A stretch of DNA of 64,000 bases. Origin: a virus (lineage: Duplodnaviria > Caudoviricetes). Positions 11,529 to 22,429 of this stretch are shown piece after piece. The notes under the pieces are model-generated. The model was given only the letters and a program-made list of their open reading frames with translations. It had not been told where the DNA came from and did not search any database. The translations under genes were made by a program, and so were the position numbers. Every line of letters begins with the position of its first letter. The stretch's first letter is position 1. The stretch lies in the IMG/VR virus record IMGVR_UViG_3300031867_000003, positions 138,176-202,175 of that record. One strand, given 5' to 3'.

Positions 11529-12662
11529 TTATTTCCTTTTAATTCCTTTATTATTTATTAGTTTTAAATTATCAATAACATAGTCAATGTCTGATTGTGT
11601 CGTTTCATAATCTAGTGAAAATCGAATAGAAGCGTTTGCATCATCATCCGATAAACCGATCGCTTTCAGCACGTATGACGGTTCATCGGAATCTGAATTA
11701 CATGCGGATCCGGTAGAAACATAAATTCCACTCATATCTAACATTCGCAGTATCTGTTCTCCTCGACATCCCTTAAAACACACATTTAAATTTCCCGGTA
11801 ATCGATTATTAAAATCTCCATTAATAACTACGTTGTCGAATTCCTCTAAAAGCTTATTAGCAAAATAATTCCTTAAATAAAGAATGTTTGCCGTATCTTT
11901 TGAATTATTTAAATTCACAATTATATCAGCAATGCAACCAAAACCAACAATTGCCGGCACATTTTCAGTGCCAGAACGCTTGCCAAATTCTTGTCCTCCA
12001 CCATAAATAAGTGGTGATATATCTATCCCGTTTTTCACATATAGGAATCCTATTCCTTTCGGACCATGAACTTTATGAGCACTTACACTCATCATGTCAA
12101 TATTAAGTTTATTTACATCAATGGGAATATGACCATATGCCTGAACCGCGTCGGTGTGGAAGATTATATTATTTTGATGAGCAATTTCTCCAATTTCTCT
12201 TATTGGCTGAATAGTACCGATTTCATTATTGGCACTCATTATAGATATTAGTTTTGTGTTAGGAGTTATGGCATTTTCTACATCTTTAGGATTGACTATT
12301 CCACCATTATCAACCCCTATATATGTTACGTTAACACCTTTTTTCTCAAGTGCCCAGCACTTATTTAAAATAGCATGATGCTCTATTACACTAGTTATTA
12401 AATGATCGCCAGGTTCGAGAATACTCAATGCCCAGTTATCACTTTCTGTACCCCCGAACGTAAAATATATTTCTTCGGGAAAACAACTAATTGTTTTTGA
12501 TAAATTCTCCCTAGAAACATTTACAAGTTCTTTAGCTGCATTTCCGACCATATGAGTAGAAGAGGGATTACCATAATATCTAGAATATACACTGTACATT
12601 TCCTCTATTACTCCTTGATATGGTTTTGTTGTAGCCGCGTTATCTAAATATACTTCTCGCAT
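11529..12662 (-). CDS. iscS: cysteine desulfurase (IscS/NifS family)
   Basis: YLDNAATT, HTDAVQ, SAHKVHGPKG (PLP lysine), RSGTENV, STGSAC (catalytic Cys); AAGGAG RBS before ATG 12662. Confidence 0.93.
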   Translation of the reverse strand: MREVYLDNAATTKPYQGVIEEMYSVYSRYYGNPSSTHMVGNAAKELVNVSRENLSKTISCFPEEIYFTFGGTESDNWALSILEPGDHLITSVIEHHAILNKCWALEKKGVNVTYIGVDNGGIVNPKDVENAITPNTKLISIMSANNEIGTIQPIREIGEIAHQNNIIFHTDAVQAYGHIPIDVNKLNIDMMSVSAHKVHGPKGIGFLYVKNGIDISPLIYGGGQEFGKRSGTENVPAIVGFGCIADIIVNLNNSKDTANILYLRNYFANKLLEEFDNVVINGDFNNRLPGNLNVCFKGCRGEQILRMLDMSGIYVSTGSACNSDSDEPSYVLKAIGLSDDDANASIRFSLDYETTQSDIDYVIDNLKLINNKGIKRK

Positions 12663-12672
12663 AGTATTCTCC

Positions 12673-12909
12673 TTACGTAAGTTCATGCTTACACCATAAA
12701 TCAAAATATTTCTTGCTCTGCTCCCGATTAAAAATAAAACATAATATCGGGTCTCCTGTGTTAAAATCCACGCTTATATACAAATCAAGAAGTTCACATC
12801 CATGTTTTAAATATAAAGTGGCTTGTCTTACATTAACTATGCGGACGCCGTCCTATGGATAATAATCTTTTCCCGTTATATCTGAATGAATATCATTAAT
12901 GTCTCTCAT
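12673..12909 (-). CDS. small hypothetical protein (code 15, 1 TAG)
   Basis: MRDINDIHSDITGKDYYPQDGVRIVNVRQATLYLKHG...DLWCKHELT; absent from the code-11 track. Confidence 0.7.
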
Positions 12910-12940
12910 ACCTTTTATTCCTTCCTTAAAAAATCGTAAA

Positions 12941-12981
12941 AAAAGGGGACAACCACAAAACGAATGTGTAGTCGTCCCCTA
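12941..12981 (-). terminator. rho-independent terminator-like hairpin
   Basis: GGGGACGACTAC...GTGGTTGTCCCC followed by a T-run on the minus strand. Confidence 0.55.
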
Positions 12982-13036
12982 ATATGTGATCCGGTCATGC
13001 CGGTTCACTCCGTATCTTATAATCACATTCACTAAT

Positions 13037-13516
13037 TTATTTTGCCGCAAATTTTGGCTTAATCTTCTTATTCTGATAACTCTTATTTTGGTTATCATTC
13101 AGAGGTTTATTATCTTCAATAGTCTTATCGCCATCCGAAGATATCTCAGCTTCTTCATGTTTCACATCTGAGACTTCGGGATTAACTTCCGGTGTCTCAT
13201 TTTTTAACGCTGACATAATTGCCTTGGCATTAGTAGTATCAATCTGCTGAAGCTGATTAATCGCGTCTTTCACCCAATCCGGAAGCTTCTCAACATACTC
13301 TTTATCAAGCGTAAGTTCGCTAAGTCTAGCAGCTTCAATTTCCGGCTTAAGCCAATGATTTAAAAATCCAGCAGTAATATTGTAAATCTCTTTACATCTT
13401 TCAGAACAATATGCGTCCATCCAACGCGGTAATCTATCAAAGTCTGAGCAATTAGGGCAATACTGATATGTCGAAGAGCAAATAGTACACTGCCTTTCAA
13501 ATTTCTTTTTTGCCAT
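13037..13516 (-). CDS. Cys-rich hypothetical protein after the major tail gene
   Basis: CTIC...CPNC...CSERC motif; GGAGG RBS. Confidence 0.7.
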   Translation of the reverse strand: MAKKKFERQCTICSSTYQYCPNCSDFDRLPRWMDAYCSERCKEIYNITAGFLNHWLKPEIEAARLSELTLDKEYVEKLPDWVKDAINQLQQIDTTNAKAIMSALKNETPEVNPEVSDVKHEEAEISSDGDKTIEDNKPLNDNQNKSYQNKKIKPKFAAK

Positions 13517-13704
13517 TGTCGTTTCCTCCTTAGTAATCATAATTTTTCACTATATATAAAACGGATTATAAATACCGTATTCTTTTCAATATTAAATAAA
13601 ATAACGAATGTATGATTTAGTGCTTGATAATTAATTTAAAATGTTTTTTGAATAGAGCCGCCGGATTTGACCCCGGCGACCCCAGATTATTTATAAATAA
13701 TAAA

Positions 13705-14923
13705 TTATTCGTCTTCCTCGTCATCTTCAACAACATAGATGCTATAAAGTCTCTTATCAGCGTCGCAGTAAGAAACCTGAAGCTGTCCATTAAAGTCGAT
13801 AGTTTGGTTGTCGGAACTCAGTGACACTTCGCTTTCCGGCGATACCTGGAAGGACGGAATGTCGATATATGCTGCACGAAGTGTATCTGCGGAGCAAGGA
13901 TCGACACAAAGAACCTTGAGAATAAGACGGATAGTTCCCGGGAACTTATCAGCTTTATTAATCATCTCAACAGCACCAGCTGTTGCGGCTGTGCCGTCAA
14001 GTTCACGATCATAACGAATCATGTACTGAGTATAATCGTTGCTAAGCGGAAGAGTAAGAACTCCCGTCCCATCATCATAAGTAAACGTAGAAGCTGTAGC
14101 ACTACCACCAGTCTGGAATGCAGTACCAAGAGTACCGTTGTTCTCCATGCCATATACCTTCGGAGTGCCGGTTACATATTTAAGAGTAACTGTCGGACCA
14201 TTAGATGCCTTAGCAATTGTGATACCAGGTGCGGTAATTTTATGATTTGCAGTAGCCTCAATTTTACCGGAACCCGCTTCAGAACCAAGAATATTAAGAT
14301 TAATGAAAGCGTTAGTTGCGGTAAACTCACCAGTTTTTGCTCTCCAGAAACGTTTCACGAGGTTGCCGTCTTTATCGGTAACATCATTAGATTCTGCGGT
14401 AATATTAAGAGTAGCTTCCTAAAGCTAGGTGAGTGTATAGAGAACGTTGCCGTCAAAGTCTTCAGCAGTTGCGACCTGGATACGGTCAATAATCAAATCC
14501 TAGTTTTCTTAAAAAGAAAAATGTTCACATGGGGTCGCTAGTCCCATGTAGTTCTCAAATGAACTTCTTATTGTTTCCAATAAGTACAGACTATATCTTA
14601 TTCTACAGCATTACCTGTTTAGACCTAACCATTTCGAGAGTCAATAGCTTACTCCCTACTTTCTCTTATGAGAAATAGTCGTTGAACCTTACCTTACGGT
14701 CTTGGCTGCTGATTGCCCATTGTTAACGGTACTTAGGATTTAACCATATACCATATAGTAATTTTTTTCTACTTTCGTAGCTCTCACGTATATATCTATT
14801 AGATATTGCGTTGTAGCTTCACTATCTTTAGGGGTTCCCAGCAATTAGATTAGTTATTATAATTATGACATATACATATTTCTATATATGCTGACTAGAT
14901 TATTAATCAAGCTTGAATGCCAT
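13705..14923 (-). CDS. major tail (tube) protein, spliced: exon1 14923-14906, exon2 14499-13705; code 15
   Basis: Spliced product MAFKLD|DLIIDRIQVATAEDFDGNVLYTLTQLQEATLNITAES...KRFWRAK (270 aa), in frame with ORF 13705..14358. Tail identity is inferred from position and remembered family resemblance. Confidence 0.8.
14500..14905 (-). ncRNA. group I intron (406 nt, no ORF) in the major tail gene
   Basis: P AATTGCTGGGAA, Q AATCAGCAGC, R GTTCAACGACTA, S AAGATATAGTCT; exon ends in U with a U.G pair in P1 (CUUGAU/GUCAG); terminal G; P10 AAUC/GAUU; removal restores the frame. Confidence 0.92.
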
Positions 14924-14994
14924 AATACATTTCTCCTTTCATAATATTTTTTATCATTTTATTGTATTAACCGATTATTTCGGGTTATACCAAG

Positions 14995-15789
14995 TTATTT
15001 ATTATCACTATTTAAATCTCTCATAAAATTAAATGATTCCTTTGGAACTTTAGACATGTCCGCAAATCCACTCATACTACCGGCTAACAGCGCCCGTGTA
15101 TTTTCATAGATTTGTAAACGCTGCACAGAATCCATAAACACAACATAGTTAATATCCTTAAGCTACTCAAGATTGTACTTAAACCCGGGATGATTAATGC
15201 ATGCAGAAACTAACGGCAACAATGCGGAAGTAGGAGCATCCCCATCTTTTTTTTGACGAGCCAAATTCTGCTCATCCTCCCAAATAATTGCCTCCTTCGT
15301 CGCTTTACCTTTGGCTTTTTCAACCTTAGGATGAATGTTGAAAGCAGTGCGATAATACTCTGAAATTGTAGTATAATCCTCTTCGCTAATTTCTATATCA
15401 TCTGCGGCATCATAAAGAGTTACTACCTATGAATCAACCAGATTACCATCTTCATCCTCTTGCTAAACATTTTTGGCATATAAGTCGAATTTCTCCCAGT
15501 CTATGTCTCCAAATAATAATTTTGTAACCTCAGGAGTTTGACCTTTATACAACATAAGGAATAACTGATAATCTGTTATTTTATTCCAATCAACGCCAGC
15601 ATTCCAAAGTTGAAGCCGATATGTCGTTGGATTACTGACCCATATATTTAGCGAACTGTAAAATGAAATGTCCGCATCAGGCAAATAAAGGATGTCACCA
15701 ATTGTCGGAATATATAGTGTCATACCATTGCCGACTTCATACGGTAGTCCAAAATACATTTTTAATGGGTTGAATTTAAACTCGCCCAT
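14995..15789 (-). CDS. tail-region protein (code 15, 3 TAG)
   Basis: The frame of ORF 15463..15798 continues to TAA 14995 with TAG=Gln. Confidence 0.75.
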
Positions 15790-15790
15790 A

Positions 15791-16357
15791 TTAACCACCT
15801 ATTTTATTTACTACACGCGAAACATTGTCTTTGGTTTTAACAATGTCTTTGCCCATAACCATTTCGAACGTTATAGTGCGAGTAGCATAGTCATTATCCG
15901 TAACAGACGGCAAATCCGACAGCACATGACATTGTGTTCCAAATTTATTTGTCCAATTAAATAAATGTTTTATTCTGGCAGCAATTAAATCGTGACGAGC
16001 AATACCGGTAAGTTTTTCAATACCGTTCTTTTCTTCACAAAGTATATAGAAAATAATATCTACATACATAAGACTGTCATTGTATCGAGGGGTTTCTTTA
16101 AATTGCACCTCATAACAAATAAAATTCTACACATTGTGCTGAGTAGGATGAATCATGTAGTACGGAAGTATATTAACATCTAAATAATCGCTTGGGTCTG
16201 CATTCTCATCCTCAAGTTCCTTGTTGTTTAATAAATAAATAATCAAAGGATCATCTATGAGAGTTTTTTTAATAATTTCTTTAAAACGAATATTATTATC
16301 ATCCATTGTAATCTTATAGGCACGAAGTTCCTGAAGTTGTTCAGTTGTTAATTCCAT
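15791..16357 (-). CDS. putative tail-completion/terminator protein (code 15)
   Basis: ORFs 16127..16357 and 15791..16108 join through one TAG (HNVQNFICYEV). Confidence 0.7.
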
Positions 16358-16370
16358 AACTCATACCTCC

Positions 16371-19107
16371 TTACAACGCAATGATTTCAATTGGCAACGA
16401 AGCAATTATATCTTCGCCGTCAACTTTATATGTTACAGTAAGTATTTTGCCGATATACGAATCGTCTCCCAAGAACTTAACCTTAACATGATTATCTATT
16501 ACAGATAACGTCAGCAATTCTTGTGGAACAGAATTCCCGTCTATAGAAAATTCCCAAGTACCGGGAAGTGTATCTATCGACGTACCGTCTTCGTCGGCAA
16601 ATACCACGGTGAATGTTTTGGCAGAGCCGCCTATACGAATCTGCTGTTTACCTGAGCATGTAATTGTAGTAGTGGTAGTGGGAGTTGGGATAATATCATC
16701 TACCGGAACAGCCGGAGTAGGTTCTACTTCACTAGCTTTCCAATCCGCCCACCAAGCAACTACATTGCCATCAACATCATAATCAGCTTTAAGTGTATGT
16801 TGATTAGCAAGATCTTGCGCACAAGTAAAAATCGCAATTCCTTTAGAATTTGAACGATTTATTTTACTAATCTAAAATACGCGAGGTTCTGTTAATACGT
16901 TGGCATCTATCACCAAGTAAGTGTTATAATATAAATGTTCCGTATCACGATTTAACGGAAGACAGAACTAGGTCTAGTCTTCTGGTTGCTAAAATTTATA
17001 CATATACGTTACTTTATCAAGTCGTTAATTTGATAAAGAATTATTTAATTCATTTAAAAAAGCCAAATACTTAGAATGTTTTCTTTCTAAATATCTATTC
17101 GCATCATAGTATAACCAATCCATGATTTTTATTACATTCTTTTTGCTTAATGTTTGAAGAACGGATGTAATATCATTTTCCTCTGGATGAGCGAGTTGAA
17201 GACTTAAATTTACACCTAATTTATTTTGAAATATTTTATTAACACTATTACAAAAATCAAATGTAGATATTATCTTAAATCCACACCTTAAAAGCCCATT
17301 ATCTTGAAACGTATAAAAACTTCCGTCCCCGTCAAAATAACCCCTTATAAAATGTGAATGTAAAAAATCTGGAATGTCTGGGAACGTCAACATCAAACTT
17401 TTGTTTTGAACCATTCCTTGCTCTACTAAAGAATTTGATAAATGTTTACTTGATAGTTCTAAGCATATCTATGGTTTAACATTATCAGCTTTTATTAATC
17501 TATCTCCAATATACGAATCTCTTTTAATAATTTGTCGCAGTGGTCTATTAGATCCTATATCTTCACTAAATTTTTCTATTATTTCACGATCATCAATTTG
17601 TAAGTCTAAATGTATCGCATTCCTAGGAACATTATTACAACCATCCGCATACAATAATCCCAAGTAATATGCCTTATCTTGGGTATCTATTATATCAAAA
17701 TACTCTTCATTTAATGAATATTTTCTACGACCAGGATTCTTTATTCCTAGATTAATAAATAATTCAGATATAAATCTCTAGCTAACATTATTTTCTTCAG
17801 ATAATTTTTTAATAGATTTCCCAGACTTATATTCATCGATATGGTTATCAATATTCTCCAAAAACAATTTTCTATTGTATTTTGCATCTTTATTATACAT
17901 ATAATTAATCCTCCTTCAAAAGATATAATGTATGCTATAATAAAAACAGTAATTTTTATGTTGAAGGCATAAAAAAACGGTTTGCAACCCGCTGTCCTGT
18001 TTTTATTCAAAATGATTAAATAATTTTTCTTATACTTTCATATAAGATCGGACTATATCTTTAACCGCAATTGCGGTTACTTCCCACTGGACTTACTTGA
18101 GCCACTTAGTCTCTGAACTTTACCCTCATCAAGTCTTAGCTGCTGATTATCCAATATAATATATTTTTTGACTATCACGCTTAGATGTATCTCATTATTA
18201 CGTTGTAGTTATACTATCTCTAAGGAAGTTCCAGCAATTCAAGAAGTTTTCATCGTATTATTACTAATACGTGCGACTATTTCTAATCGAGCCATAATCC
18301 ACTCATTATGTTATCATAAGGCTTTTTATCCTTATCTCTTACTGTCGCCAGTAAGATCAGCATATGTTTTCTCCATATCATTAACTTGACTTAGGAGTCG
18401 GACACTCGTGGGAATATTATATTTATTCAATTCCTATGCGTTACAATACTTCGCAGCCTTTCGCTATCTGCGAAGTTATCTCGGCGTTGTCTACGAGAGA
18501 GTTCCACCGATTTTGCCCGATTTTCACTCATAAGTTTCCTTATAAGGCAACAATTTTTATTGTAAGAATTTTGGCTCCTGCTGACCCCAGGGAACTCATA
18601 ATATTTCCCATCTTTAATCCAGCGGAACACTTCGTCACAACGAAGTACTTCCCAAGTCGGAAACATATTTTCATCCCGGTCAGCTGTAGCAACCACTAAC
18701 CATCTACGGTATATGTCATCTTCTCCCTTTAGCCAAACATAAAGACCAACTGGATATCTAGCTCTATACCGCTTACCAAACACTTCTTCGTAATAATCAA
18801 CACCGCACTCATGACCTGGTCTAAACTAAATATGCATAGTCTATTCATCTTTTTGAAATGTCTTAGAACTATGTGCAATAAATTTCACATCTATAGGGGT
18901 TGGATTTGTATCCTCTTCCGGGTTAAATCCTTCAAGACGAAGTCTATTCTGCGGCGCGGTATGGTAGTAATCGAAGAAATATCCAACCTAATACTAAACA
19001 TCCTATGCAAACGTAGCATCCATGATTACATCACTTTGCTACTTCCTCGCCCTCCCCGGTACACTAATATTATTGTGCATTGCCTAAAAATCTCTGTAGG
19101 TAATCAT
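16371..19107 (-). CDS. head-tail/neck protein, spliced from 3 exons (19107-18559, 18303-18286, 17000-16371), about 398 aa, code 15
   Basis: Spliced junctions read ...RSQNSYN|SGLWLD|YKFQQPEDQTQFCLPLNRD...; all exons are multiples of 3; many in-frame TAG. Confidence 0.8.
17001..18285 (-). ncRNA. group I intron carrying a LAGLIDADG homing endonuclease
   Basis: P AATTGCTGGAA, Q AATCAGCAGC, R GTTCAGAGACTAA, S AAGATATAGTCC; P1 CGAU/GUCG; terminal G at 17001 (an in-frame alternative G at 17007 is possible). Confidence 0.92.
17025..17900 (-). CDS. intron-encoded double-motif LAGLIDADG endonuclease (code 15, 2 TAG)
   Basis: KAYYLGLLYADG and HFIRGYFDGDG motifs in one frame once TAG=Gln; GAAGGAGG RBS. 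Confidence 0.9.
18304..18558 (-). ncRNA. group I intron (255 nt, no ORF)
   Basis: P AAATCGGTGGAA, Q AACGCCGAG, P7 GCATA/TATGC; P1 CAAU/GUUG; terminal G; removal restores the frame. Confidence 0.85.
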
Positions 19108-19108
19108 A

Positions 19109-19441
19109 TCAATCACCTTCCTTTATTTTCATAATCTCCGCACCGGCATCGAGGATAAGCTTTCGGTAATTTTTAAAATCAAAACTTTCACTTAAATATT
19201 CGGATTTTGCCGACTCAAGGATACTCATTGTAAGCACCAGTTCCGGCGGTTCACACAAAATACCATTTAAACCATTTAATTTATATTGTAAGCTATGGAA
19301 TGCCTCCACAACATCAATATCTGGATATTCTTCCTTTGTATTCGGATCTACATAAAGCAACAGGAAGAAAATTGCCTTACGCAAAGAAATTTTAGTAGAA
19401 TGAATCTGGGCAGAAGAGTAGTGACCATACCGAGTTTTCAT
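19109..19441 (-). CDS. hypothetical head-tail region protein
   Basis: ORF translationally coupled to its neighbours. Confidence 0.7.
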   Translation of the reverse strand: MKTRYGHYSSAQIHSTKISLRKAIFFLLLYVDPNTKEEYPDIDVVEAFHSLQYKLNGLNGILCEPPELVLTMSILESAKSEYLSESFDFKNYRKLILDAGAEIMKIKEGD

Positions 19442-19902
19442 ACGGTATCAACTCCATTGATAACGGATAAACTATATCCATAATCTCGGATAAGCTTTCG
19501 AAGGTCTGTTTGAGCTTTGGCGTACATAGCATGAAGTTCGTTCATTTGAGTTGACTATGCATAAAACTTCTATTCACTGTTTGATATAAGTTGCGATGTC
19601 AACAACGTAGAATGATACCTAGGATCAAGCCATCGTTCAACCATCCCCAAAGCTAATACTTCCTCCACAAAATCTTTATCGGAATCCTCATCCAGGGAGT
19701 TCCGCAATTCATATTCTATCTCTTCTATATCTTCATCAAGCGTTATCGACTAAAAAAGCCTACGCACCATTGGTTTGGATAGCGTAGACTTCAAATAGCC
19801 GAGTAACATTTGTTTCACTAATTTTTCTTCTAATCCCGATGTCTCGTAATCTTTTACACGTAGGTAAAAGCGAGAATATATTTCATCAAATTCAGAGGTC
19901 AT
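19438..19902 (-). CDS. putative head-tail connector protein (code 15, 3 TAG)
   Basis: MTSEFDEIYSRF...NSEQKFYAQSTQMNEL...; GGAGG RBS; invisible in the code-11 track. Confidence 0.75.
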
Positions 19903-19917
19903 GGGATACCTCCTTTA

Positions 19918-20601
19918 TTAGATAAACTCTTTAATTCCGGTACCCAGAATATTGTCAATAATGACGAGTTTCTGCAAAGACGGATAGTTTTCATTGCGAA
20001 TCATATCCATTGCGGTATATTTAATAACTTCCTTGAATGTATTAGATGCTTCACTTAGCATTTTTTCAAATTCACTGTCGGATTTATCAAAAAACTCTTC
20101 CGGATAGTTAACGCCAAGGTATCTCTGATAAATAGCACCAATATCATGTTTCCACTGTTCACAAATATCAGGGTCTTCAATCATAATCATTCCATCGGTA
20201 ATAACCGGTTTCTGTCTCCATGACTGAAGATCCCTATATGTAACATATTCTAAATCGCCAAAATTAGGCCATTTGTATGTTACAATCTTATCAAGCCCAA
20301 CAGTTTCAAGATACCATGGGACAATACTTCTACATGGAATTAAATCGTCAGGTGCAAATTTCTTTATCTCTTTATTAGGGATAATTTTTTCTCGTTTTTT
20401 CGCCGGAGCCAACTTCGTTTCTATAAGTTCTTTACCGGCGACTGTTTTTGACTGAGTAGAAAAATAAGAAGTAGATTTTTCAATCATCTCGTCAGTTACG
20501 TTTTGCATATGACTAGAAACTTTAAAACCTTGAGATTTTAAATAATCTATAACATCCTTGTTTTTTACTCCAAGTTTTTTGGACAATTCGTTAACAATCA
20601 T
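19918..20601 (-). CDS. post-capsid protein with an N-terminal IF2_N-like domain
   Basis: MIVNELSKKLGVKNKDVIDYLKSQGFKVSSHMQNV matches the translation initiation factor IF-2 N-terminal motif (VxELAKELG...L...G..V.SHMS). Confidence 0.7.
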   Translation of the reverse strand: MIVNELSKKLGVKNKDVIDYLKSQGFKVSSHMQNVTDEMIEKSTSYFSTQSKTVAGKELIETKLAPAKKREKIIPNKEIKKFAPDDLIPCRSIVPWYLETVGLDKIVTYKWPNFGDLEYVTYRDLQSWRQKPVITDGMIMIEDPDICEQWKHDIGAIYQRYLGVNYPEEFFDKSDSEFEKMLSEASNTFKEVIKYTAMDMIRNENYPSLQKLVIIDNILGTGIKEFI

Positions 20602-20634
20602 CTTTATTCTCCTTGTAATCCTATATAGTCCTTA

Positions 20635-21741
20635 TTACTGATTATCCTCGATTACACCGAAGAGCTCATCAATAACAACACCGATGCCTTCATGATACCA
20701 GATTTCAGTATCCATAGTACGATCCTGATAAAACAAACCATCTTCACCGCGGCTTGCTACTTCTACGTCACCTTCGTTAACTCTTTTAATTGGCTTAAAA
20801 GAATCATCAATCGGAATAATAAAGATTTTCTTATTATCATTGGCAGTAAAGATAGAAGTGCGCGTCCCCTCTTCGTTTACACGATCAAGAACAAGACATT
20901 CATAACCTTCCCACATTCCAAGCATACCTTTAGTATGACGTTCGGTTTTCATTTCATTTGACCACATGGAATACGGAACAGTATTCTGAAGTTTCTGCAT
21001 AGCAACACGAGTACCAACGAGCATTACATCTTTACCCGTAACAGCCTTAACTGCTTCAATTTTATCAATAATAGAATCTTTACTTGCTTCAACAATAGCA
21101 ATGCTAGACTTCATATCAGCCGGAAGATAGGTATCAAGACTCATAAACGCGGTATAAAGAGCAGAGTAACGATGTTTTTCAATACTTGTATACATAAGAT
21201 TAATCATCTCCGCAAAGTCAACTTTGCCAAGCATAAATAATTCATAGTCTGTATATACTTTAATTACATACGGTGATGTATCAATGCTAAATGCCTTCCC
21301 AGGAAGAACTTTCTGACGCACTACATCATGATGATTTCCAGCCCATTTACTAACCTGAAGAAGGGCATTCGAATTCACATAAAACTGATTAATATCACCA
21401 CGAGCAATATTAACATCCTCAACGAGATCCATAAAACGAGCGTTACTAGAATCCCATCCAGAAACCATTTTATCCGCAAGGGTGTTCTCAATTACCGAAC
21501 AAATTTCAATACCGTGAGCTCTCCAGGCCTATCTACGCTGCATACGGGTTGCGTTTTTAAAATCGATACCTGTAATTTTATTAAACTGATTACGGATAAT
21601 CTCACTTGTTTCAGATTTAGAATACTTATTATAAATATTATTTGAAGCGTCCATCATAAGATCGTTAAAAACAAGCATATTTTCATAATTGTTATCAAAA
21701 TTAGCAACAACATTTGCACTAAAACATGTAATATCTCTCAT
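20635..21741 (-). CDS. major capsid protein (code 15; single TAG at 21529-21531)
   Basis: ORFs 21529..21741 and 20635..21468 join in frame (RMQRRQAWRAHG); 368 aa; follows the scaffold/decoration genes. Confidence 0.8.
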
Positions 21742-21765
21742 TATTTTCTCCTCCTTTCTTCAAAA

Positions 21766-22371
21766 TTAGTTATTATCCACGTTCTGAATTACATAAATAC
21801 GAACAAGGGTATAATAGTTGTTTGTATAAATGCTATGAACACGTCCAACAAAGCCATAGTTTGCCATTGTCGGAGCAGCTGCCTGAGCAACATATTTTCC
21901 GGTTCCATCAAGAACAACATATGCGTCCTCTTGTACATTGGTCTGAGAAGCAGCAGTAAACATGTTAAGAGATACTCCAAAAATATCTCCGTCATATTTG
22001 TCACCGACAACCTCATAAACCTTAGAATCCTGCCCAGCCTTATTGTAGAAGAATCCCTCGGATGCTTCATACTGGCTTCTCGCATCTTTAATAAGTGCGG
22101 GGGAACCAACAATACCGACTTTATCCTTAACACCGGCGATTGTAGCATAACGCTCCTGGAGACCTTTATCATTATGAGTGAAGTCCCCCACTTTTACCGC
22201 AACGGCATTATCTACCTAGATAGGTGTTCTTGTGATATTTGCGCCAGTACCGGTCTCAGTTACTACAAGGCAATCCCAGAGGTGTCCGGAAATCGATGAT
22301 TTTAAGAGGGAGGATTCGAAAATCCCATGAGTACCGCCGGCAAGTTCAGTTAAATTACTAAAAATAGCCAT
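21766..22371 (-). CDS. putative capsid decoration/cement protein (code 15)
   Basis: ATG 22371 with AGGAG RBS, one TAG, in frame with ORF 21766..22191; directly upstream of the MCP. Confidence 0.7.
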
Positions 22372-22429
22372 AACTATATTTTCTCCTTTCTTATTTTTTA
22401 TATAAAAAAATAATAGGCTAAATAACCTA

